DNA of 20,800 bases from contig CAZUBM010000027.1 in NCBI GenBank assembly GCA_964618805.1, positions 1-20,800 of the forward strand. The letters run 5' to 3'. The translations under genes and the position numbers were made by a program. The stretch comes from an uncultured Nitrososphaerota archaeon (GTDB lineage: Archaea > Korarchaeota > Korarchaeia > Korarchaeales > Korarchaeaceae). The notes under the pieces are model-generated. The model did no database searches. It was not told the DNA's origin and saw only the letters and a list, made by a program, of their open reading frames with translations. Positions 15,230-20,800 of the stretch are shown here, piece after piece (position 1 is the stretch's first letter; every line of letters begins with the position of its first letter).

Positions 15230-17569
15230 ATACCATCATATGAGCCAAAGCTTAAGGAGAAACATTGGGTTCCTGAGATGGAACTGGAAATACAAAAGCT
15301 TTGGGAGGAAGAAGGGCTCTTCAAATTCAATGCTGACTCACCAAAGCCGAAGTTCTCGATAGATACACCTCCTCCCTATGCTAGCGGTAGATGGCACATG
15401 GGAGCCGCGATCCATTACTCACAAATAGACATGGTCGCAAGAACAATGAGAATGAAGGGCTATGAGACCTTTTTCCCCTTTGGAATCGATAGAAATGGAT
15501 TACCTGTTGAAGTTCAAGCTGAAAGGCACTATGGAGTGAACATGTTCGATGTACCAAGGGAAAAGTTCATTGAGATGTGCAAGACCTTTCTTGATGAGGC
15601 AGAAAATGATATACTATCGGTAGCAAAAAGACTAGGCTTAAGTGCTGATTTTAATAATCTATACAGGACTGATAGCGATCTTTGGAGGGCTGTAACTCAA
15701 AAGACATTTATCGATGCATGGAATGCTGGATTAGTATATGAGGATTACAAACCCAACAACTACTGTCCCAGATGTAGAACAACATTAGCGGACGCAGAAG
15801 TCGAATATGAGGAAAGATCTACCCTACTCGTTTATCTTAAATTCCGTATTGAGGATGGAGAAGAGGTTATAATCGCAACAACTCGTCCCGAGCTTTTACC
15901 AGCTTGCGAAGCTCTGATATTCAACCCTAATGATGATAGATATACCTATCTAGAAGGGAAGTACGCAATTACTCCGCTAGGTAAGAGAGTTCCCATATAC
16001 AAGCATCATTATGCAAGGCCAGAATTTGGAACTGGAATCGTGATGGTATGTTCCTACGGAGACAGGGCTGACGTTGAAGTGTTTAGAGATTTGGGTTTGC
16101 ACCCAACGGTCATAATAGATGAGGATGGAAGAATGACAGAAAAAGCCGGTAAATACAAGGGAATGACTGTTCAGGAAGCAAAAGAAGCCATGATAAAGGA
16201 CCTAGAGAAGGAAGGATATGTTGTGAAGAAGGAAGAAATACTTCAAAGAGTTCCAAAGTGCTGGCGATGTGGCACTACCATAGAAATTATAGCAATGAAG
16301 GAATATTATCTAAAGCAGAAGGAATTCGTAGAACATATAAGAAAACTGGCTAGTCAAATAAAATTCCATCCTGAGTGGTCCATTCAGTACCTTGAGAACT
16401 GGCTTAATTCCATCAAAACCGATTGGCCAATCTCACGTAGGAGATACTATGGAACAGAAGTGCCAATCTGGTACTGTAAGTCTTGCGGTAAACCAGTCTT
16501 GCCTCCGGGTGATAGGTACTACAAACCTTGGAAGGAAAAAGCTCCATTTGAGAAATGTCCCTACTGCGGGTCAAACGAAGGTTTTGAGGGAGAGATTAGA
16601 GTCTTTGATACGTGGATGGATTCAAGCATTTCTCCGCTCGTATACAACGGGTATGGATGGAACGAAGATCTATTTCAGAAGCTCGGACCCTCATCGCTGA
16701 GGCCCCAAGGGAAGGACATAGTTAGGACTTGGCTTTTCTATACCCTGCTTAGAGTTTATCAAATCTTAAAGAAACCCGCTTTCGAACATATCTGGCTCTC
16801 AGGTCTTGGGTTAGACCCAACAGGGCGTGCCATGCACAGGCATTTAGGCAACGTGATTTATCCTTGGCCTTTCTTGAAGAAGTATGGGGCAGATGCAGTG
16901 AGGATGTTTGGGGCTATGGAAGCGCACCACGGTTCAGATTATAGAATAAGCGAAGAAAGGATTGAAGGAGCTTTCAAATTCCTCCAAAAGCTGTGGAATG
17001 TTGCAAGGTTCATTTCAGCATTTCCTATTCCAGAAAGAAAACCATCCTTAACTCCAACTGATTTATGGATTTTGGGAGAAGCTAACAATCTGATAAAGAC
17101 GGCCCTAGAGGGTTACGATAAATTTGACTTCTTCGACCCAGCAGTAGGGATTAGACATTTCGTATGGGAGATCTTCGCCCCCCATTACCTTGAAATGATA
17201 AAGTACAGGGCTTACGGCGGGAACGTCCCAAAGGAACTACAGCTTGCAGCTTGGTGGACGCTTCATCAAGTTCTTAGGGTAATCCTCAGGCTTGCAGCTC
17301 CAATAATCCCTCACATAACTGATTTCATCTGGAGAAAGATATATGGAGGAAGTGTTCACAAACAGCTATTTCCAAAACCTAATCCTGAATGGGAAACCGA
17401 ATACGTTAAGTACGGGGAATCCATCATGAGCTTCAACAGCCGCATATGGAAGGAGAAGAAGATGAGAAATCTTCCATTGACTGCACCCATAAGCGTTCAG
17501 ATTCCAGAAGAGCTAAATTCCTTCAAAGATGACCTGATAAATCTTCACAACATCACTACAGAGGATTAA
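15230..17569 (+). CDS. valS: Valine--tRNA ligase
   Basis: DTPPPYASG.WHMG, GLPVE, ATTRPE, GTGIVM, DWPISR, FDTWMDSS, PQGKDIVRTW. First ATG is at 15278 but the start is probably ATA 15230 (see findings). Confidence 0.96.
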   Translation: MPSYEPKLKEKHWVPEMELEIQKLWEEEGLFKFNADSPKPKFSIDTPPPYASGRWHMGAAIHYSQIDMVARTMRMKGYETFFPFGIDRNGLPVEVQAERHYGVNMFDVPREKFIEMCKTFLDEAENDILSVAKRLGLSADFNNLYRTDSDLWRAVTQKTFIDAWNAGLVYEDYKPNNYCPRCRTTLADAEVEYEERSTLLVYLKFRIEDGEEVIIATTRPELLPACEALIFNPNDDRYTYLEGKYAITPLGKRVPIYKHHYARPEFGTGIVMVCSYGDRADVEVFRDLGLHPTVIIDEDGRMTEKAGKYKGMTVQEAKEAMIKDLEKEGYVVKKEEILQRVPKCWRCGTTIEIIAMKEYYLKQKEFVEHIRKLASQIKFHPEWSIQYLENWLNSIKTDWPISRRRYYGTEVPIWYCKSCGKPVLPPGDRYYKPWKEKAPFEKCPYCGSNEGFEGEIRVFDTWMDSSISPLVYNGYGWNEDLFQKLGPSSLRPQGKDIVRTWLFYTLLRVYQILKKPAFEHIWLSGLGLDPTGRAMHRHLGNVIYPWPFLKKYGADAVRMFGAMEAHHGSDYRISEERIEGAFKFLQKLWNVARFISAFPIPERKPSLTPTDLWILGEANNLIKTALEGYDKFDFFDPAVGIRHFVWEIFAPHYLEMIKYRAYGGNVPKELQLAAWWTLHQVLRVILRLAAPIIPHITDFIWRKIYGGSVHKQLFPKPNPEWETEYVKYGESIMSFNSRIWKEKKMRNLPLTAPISVQIPEELNSFKDDLINLHNITTED

Positions 17570-18496
17570 TTAACTCATCTCAGAGAGATACAGGGATCCA
17601 ACCCTTATAGCTAGCTTGGCAGCATCAATTGCTGTTTCTGCAAAGAGATAGAGGGTGGGTTCTATGCCAAAGGCCCCAGGATCGATTATCGCATCAGAAT
17701 CAGGATATTCCAAGAAAACCTTCTCAACTTCTTCAAAAAGCTCGCTATCCCTTGATTCAACCGGTAGGCCTTCTCTCCTCTTTATCTTTTCATATTTTAG
17801 TGCTAGCTCAGTGAGCACTGATTCTACGCCTCTAACGTATTTTATGTTAATTACGGCTGCTTTGGTGCTGTTTGCCCTTCTAACGGCCCTTAAGATCTCC
17901 CCATTGTGGGATGAACCGCCGAGCTCGGGAGAGGAAAATGCCTTTAATCTACCGTGATATCGCACTATTCTTCCAGGAATTCCTATGATTTTCTCGGAAG
18001 TTTCATCAGCTATCCTAGCTATATTAATGCCTACTTGAGGATAAAGATGAATCAGTTTTTCTGATTGATTTTCTATTATGTGAACAGCATCTTTTACATC
18101 ATTGACTACGTCGGGAGTTATCATTCCAGACTCCAGCCACATGCATATGCTACAGCCCTTCCCTAAAGATGGCAGCGCGTTATAGTGAACTTGACAGAAC
18201 TTTCCTTTCAGCTTCATGTCTTTGCAATACTGACAAATCAGCTCAACAGCAGTTTTTGCGTCCCAATTCGTCTTTAAACGCTTAACAATCTCCTGTGCAA
18301 GCCTCTCTGCTTCCCTTCCAAACCAAGTTGATTTAGGTTCTGCTCTTACAAGTTCACTTACGACTGGTTGAGTAACTCCAAAGAGTTCCGCGATATCCCT
18401 TTGCCTATATCCGGCTTCCCATAGCTTCTTTGCAACTCTAATCTTTAGATCTACAAGAAAGTAGCGCTCAATTATCTCACAAGGAGTTCTCAACAT
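17570..18496 (-). CDS. thiR: ThiR-type regulator: HTH domain fused to ThiN (thiamine-phosphate synthase-like) domain
   Basis: N-terminal PCE...QRDIAELFGVTQPVVS HTH plus a Cys/His cluster; C-terminal PQVGINI, PGRIV, GGSSH, INIKY, DPGAFGIEP ThiN motifs. Confidence 0.85.
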   Translation of the reverse strand: MLRTPCEIIERYFLVDLKIRVAKKLWEAGYRQRDIAELFGVTQPVVSELVRAEPKSTWFGREAERLAQEIVKRLKTNWDAKTAVELICQYCKDMKLKGKFCQVHYNALPSLGKGCSICMWLESGMITPDVVNDVKDAVHIIENQSEKLIHLYPQVGINIARIADETSEKIIGIPGRIVRYHGRLKAFSSPELGGSSHNGEILRAVRRANSTKAAVINIKYVRGVESVLTELALKYEKIKRREGLPVESRDSELFEEVEKVFLEYPDSDAIIDPGAFGIEPTLYLFAETAIDAAKLAIRVGSLYLSEMS

Positions 18497-18534
18497 AATT
18501 CACCTACAATCCCTAAGATGTGTGGTCTATTCTG

Positions 18535-18540
18535 TATAAA
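18535..18540 (-). promoter_or_regulatory. TATA box upstream of thiR
   Basis: TTTATA ~40 nt upstream of the start; SD AGGTGA present. Confidence 0.5.
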
Positions 18541-18558
18541 TTACAATTTCAATTGATA

Positions 18559-18664
18559 TGGCGCCGGGGGTGGGATTCGAACCCACGCGGCCCGAATGGG
18601 CCACCGGATCTCGAGTCCGGCCCCCTTCTTAGCCGGATTGAGCCTCTGGCTAGGGTACCCCGGC
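18559..18664 (-). tRNA. tRNA-Ser(CGA) with 17-nt D-loop intron at position 18/19 (18645-18629); CCA encoded
   Basis: GCCGGGG/CCCCGGC-G-CCA acceptor, anticodon arm CCGGA-CTCGAGA-TCCGG, long variable arm GGCCC-ATTC-GGGCC. The D-loop insert forms a BHB. Confidence 0.94.
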
Positions 18665-18686
18665 CCATTTATCAAATTCTTGAACG

Positions 18687-18693
18687 TATATAA
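18687..18693 (-). promoter_or_regulatory. TATA box of tRNA-Ser
   Basis: TTATATA 23-29 nt upstream of the tRNA 5' end. Confidence 0.55.
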
Positions 18694-18775
18694 TTACTTT
18701 CTGCTAAGCCAAAACCATGCAGGTGCCATAGCTCTAAATAACTCTATAAATTCAAGAGATAAAGAAGTGTTGGGC

Positions 18776-20221
18776 ATGGAAAATAGGGATATAGGGAACA
18801 TTGTCAAGGAATTCGCTGAAAAGGGGGTAATTATATCGCCTGAAGCCCTAAATCTCTTAAAGAAAGTTGATTATAGGGTATATTTGGACAATTTACACTT
18901 ATTAGGGGAAGATGTTGCGATCATTCTCCCTAGCCACCTTGAGGCAATCAAAAGGGCATTAGAAATAAAGGCCAAGGAAACGAGAATAACAAAGCCCGTA
19001 CAAGAGGTAATGTTAGAGTCGGCTGTTGAAATTGAGGAAATACCTGAAATAAAGCCAGTAAAAGGGGAGCTTGAGGAATTCATAGAGTACTTTCTCTCCA
19101 GATACGAGAGAATTTCAAAGCTATTTGGGGAGAACTTTTGCAGCCGGGCCAAGACCATTGCCGAGGCTAAGGTCGCAAAAAGGGGTGAGAAGGCTCTAGT
19201 AATTGGATTAATCCGCCAGAAAGTTGAGAGCAGGGATAAGAGGTTTTTAATCATAACTATAGAAGATAAAACTGGTTCAATGCCAGCTTTTCTACCACCT
19301 GAATACAAGAGGATTGGTGAAAGGATTACCCTGGATCAGGTGGTAGCTCTCAGGGGGACCACTACTGGTAATGGAGGGCTGAGTGTTGAAAGGATTATTC
19401 AGCCAGATATTCAAGAGCATGAGCCAAACAGAGCTGAAAAGAACGTAAAAGCGGTTTTAATTTCAGATCTTCATATTGGAAGCATGTATTTCAATGAAAA
19501 GGCCTTTAACTCATTTATCAAATGGTTACATACACCTGAAGCTAGATTAGTGAAATATTTGGTAATAGCAGGAGATTTGGTTGATGGGATCGGGGTCTAC
19601 CCCAATCAAGAAGAAGAACTCTTGGTAACAGACATTTTTGAACAGTTTAAGATAGCAGCCGAGCTGCTATCTCAAATACCAAGTCATATAGTGGTGATAT
19701 ACATACCTGGGAATCATGAGCCGGTAAGGCAAGCTGAGCCGCAGCCAAAGGTCCCTGAAAATTATGCATCCCCTTTATTGAGAATAGGTAGAGAGATCTT
19801 GCTCCTGCCAAACCCTTGTTACATTAAGTTGCATGGAGTTAGGTTCTTGATATATCACGGGCGAAGTTTAAATGCAATATTTAAGCACGTCCCGGGGCTT
19901 CAGCCAATATCACCAAGTACAGTCCCTCAAGCAATGAAGGAACTGCTAAAGGCAAGATCCTTAGTCCCCGTGTATGGAGAAAGTCCAATTGCGCCACAGC
20001 CTTTTGATTGGCTCGTAATAGATAGGGTTCCTGATGTGTTTCACACGGGACACATTCATGTCTACGGTTTAGATGAGTATAAGAGGGTAAAGATAGTTAA
20101 TACCGGCACATTTCAGAACCAAACTCCTTATCTAAAGAGCATGGAGATAACACCCACTACGGGAACAGCAGCTGTCATCAACCTTAGAACCCTTGACATG
20201 AAGATCATGCATTTTTCCTAA
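18776..20221 (+). CDS. polD1: DNA polymerase D small subunit DP1 (proofreading exonuclease)
   Basis: YF..RY, OB fold (IEDKTG), phosphoesterase motifs SDLHIGS, GDLVDG.GVYP.Q, PGNH, YHGRS, HTGHIH. Start moved to ATG 18776 because the longer ORF overlaps tRNA-Ser. Confidence 0.96.
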   Translation: MENRDIGNIVKEFAEKGVIISPEALNLLKKVDYRVYLDNLHLLGEDVAIILPSHLEAIKRALEIKAKETRITKPVQEVMLESAVEIEEIPEIKPVKGELEEFIEYFLSRYERISKLFGENFCSRAKTIAEAKVAKRGEKALVIGLIRQKVESRDKRFLIITIEDKTGSMPAFLPPEYKRIGERITLDQVVALRGTTTGNGGLSVERIIQPDIQEHEPNRAEKNVKAVLISDLHIGSMYFNEKAFNSFIKWLHTPEARLVKYLVIAGDLVDGIGVYPNQEEELLVTDIFEQFKIAAELLSQIPSHIVVIYIPGNHEPVRQAEPQPKVPENYASPLLRIGREILLLPNPCYIKLHGVRFLIYHGRSLNAIFKHVPGLQPISPSTVPQAMKELLKARSLVPVYGESPIAPQPFDWLVIDRVPDVFHTGHIHVYGLDEYKRVKIVNTGTFQNQTPYLKSMEITPTTGTAAVINLRTLDMKIMHFS

Positions 20222-20224
20222 CAA

Positions 20225-20800
20225 TCACCTTAAAGCAATGGATCCTAAGAGTTTCAGAGCCCTTTTAGGAGATACTATCATCGAAGTCACAACTTTCGTA
20301 TTTCCATAGGCTCCTCCATAACTCATTTTAGTTTCTATTAAGCCCTGAGAGGTAAGCTCATTTATAATACCGCTTACTCTCCTCATCGTCAAGGGTTCAG
20401 CCATATTCATCCTTGTTATAGTAAGATAGCTCCTGTATATCTTTCCTGTTCCAGGTCTTTCGTCTCCTGAGGCTAGAAGTTTTGCTATGGCTAGAAGAAC
20501 GAACCTGTGATGTAAGGGCAAGGACCTTATGGCTAATCCTAGCTCCTGTTCGTTAACAGCATCTATCGCTTTTTTTGCATGATCTACAGTAAGTTTTATG
20601 CTATTTTCCTTCTCTGCTATTTCTGCAGCCATTCTTAATACATCTATTGCACGTCTTGCGTCCCCACTTTCCCTTGCTATCTTAGCGGCGATGTAGTTTA
20701 TGGCCCCCTCCTCCCAAGTACCATCCCTAAGACCTAACCTGGCCCGCTGAAGTAAGATTGCTTTAAGCTCATCTGCATTATATGGGGGGAAATATATCAC
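20225..20800 (-). CDS. cdc6: Orc1/Cdc6 replication initiator, C-terminal part (5' end beyond right edge)
   Basis: IYFPPY..EL..IL..R, sensor-2 GDARRAIDVLR, winged-helix LT.RRVS.II.EL...GLI. Confidence 0.95.
   Translation of the reverse strand: MIYFPPYNADELKAILLQRARLGLRDGTWEEGAINYIAAKIARESGDARRAIDVLRMAAEIAEKENSIKLTVDHAKKAIDAVNEQELGLAIRSLPLHHRFVLLAIAKLLASGDERPGTGKIYRSYLTITRMNMAEPLTMRRVSGIINELTSQGLIETKMSYGGAYGNTKVVTSMIVSPKRALKLLGSIALR

Noticed and set aside
18596-18775. 60-aa N-terminal extension of DP1 in the ORF track
   Set aside because: Overlaps tRNA-Ser and its promoter; DP1-like sequence begins at ATG 18776.
1343-19308. Numerous antisense or alternate-frame ORFs (e.g. 9609-10142, 11792-12301, 16392-16700, 18871-19308)
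   Set aside because: Shadows of well-supported genes, with no recognisable motifs.

Overview
Core-genome window of a thermophilic archaeon, most likely Korarchaeota. The 16S rRNA carries a Korarchaeota-type signature, and FtsZ and PolD-DP1 are both present. Contents: 5' half of a 16S rRNA gene (minus strand, runs off the left edge) with its promoter and leader; a minus-strand ribosome-biogenesis/translation operon (nep1, rnp4, rps19e, PDCD5-like, rpl39e, rpl31e, eif6, pfdA, argF); tRNA-Gly, -His, -Ala, -Gln and -Ser; an M20 amidohydrolase; ftsZ-secE-spt5-rpl11-rpl1-rpl10; nnrE/D; a Mut7-C/PIN protein; GGGP synthase; DUF99; valS; ThiR; DP1; and a partial cdc6. The most notable signals are non-coding. 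(1) A complete H/ACA-type hairpin (K-turn, bipartite pocket, ACA box 14 nt from the pocket) sits at the very 5' end of the pre-16S transcript. Its pocket is complementary to the conserved 16S helix-31 site that Nep1 methylates, and nep1 lies upstream on the same strand. (2) A C/D-box sRNA has two guides matching the two strands of 16S helix 34. (3) Two tRNAs carry BHB introns at non-canonical positions (45/46 and 18/19). (4) valS probably starts at an ATA codon. All target assignments rest on recalled consensus rRNA sequence lying outside the window and need checking.
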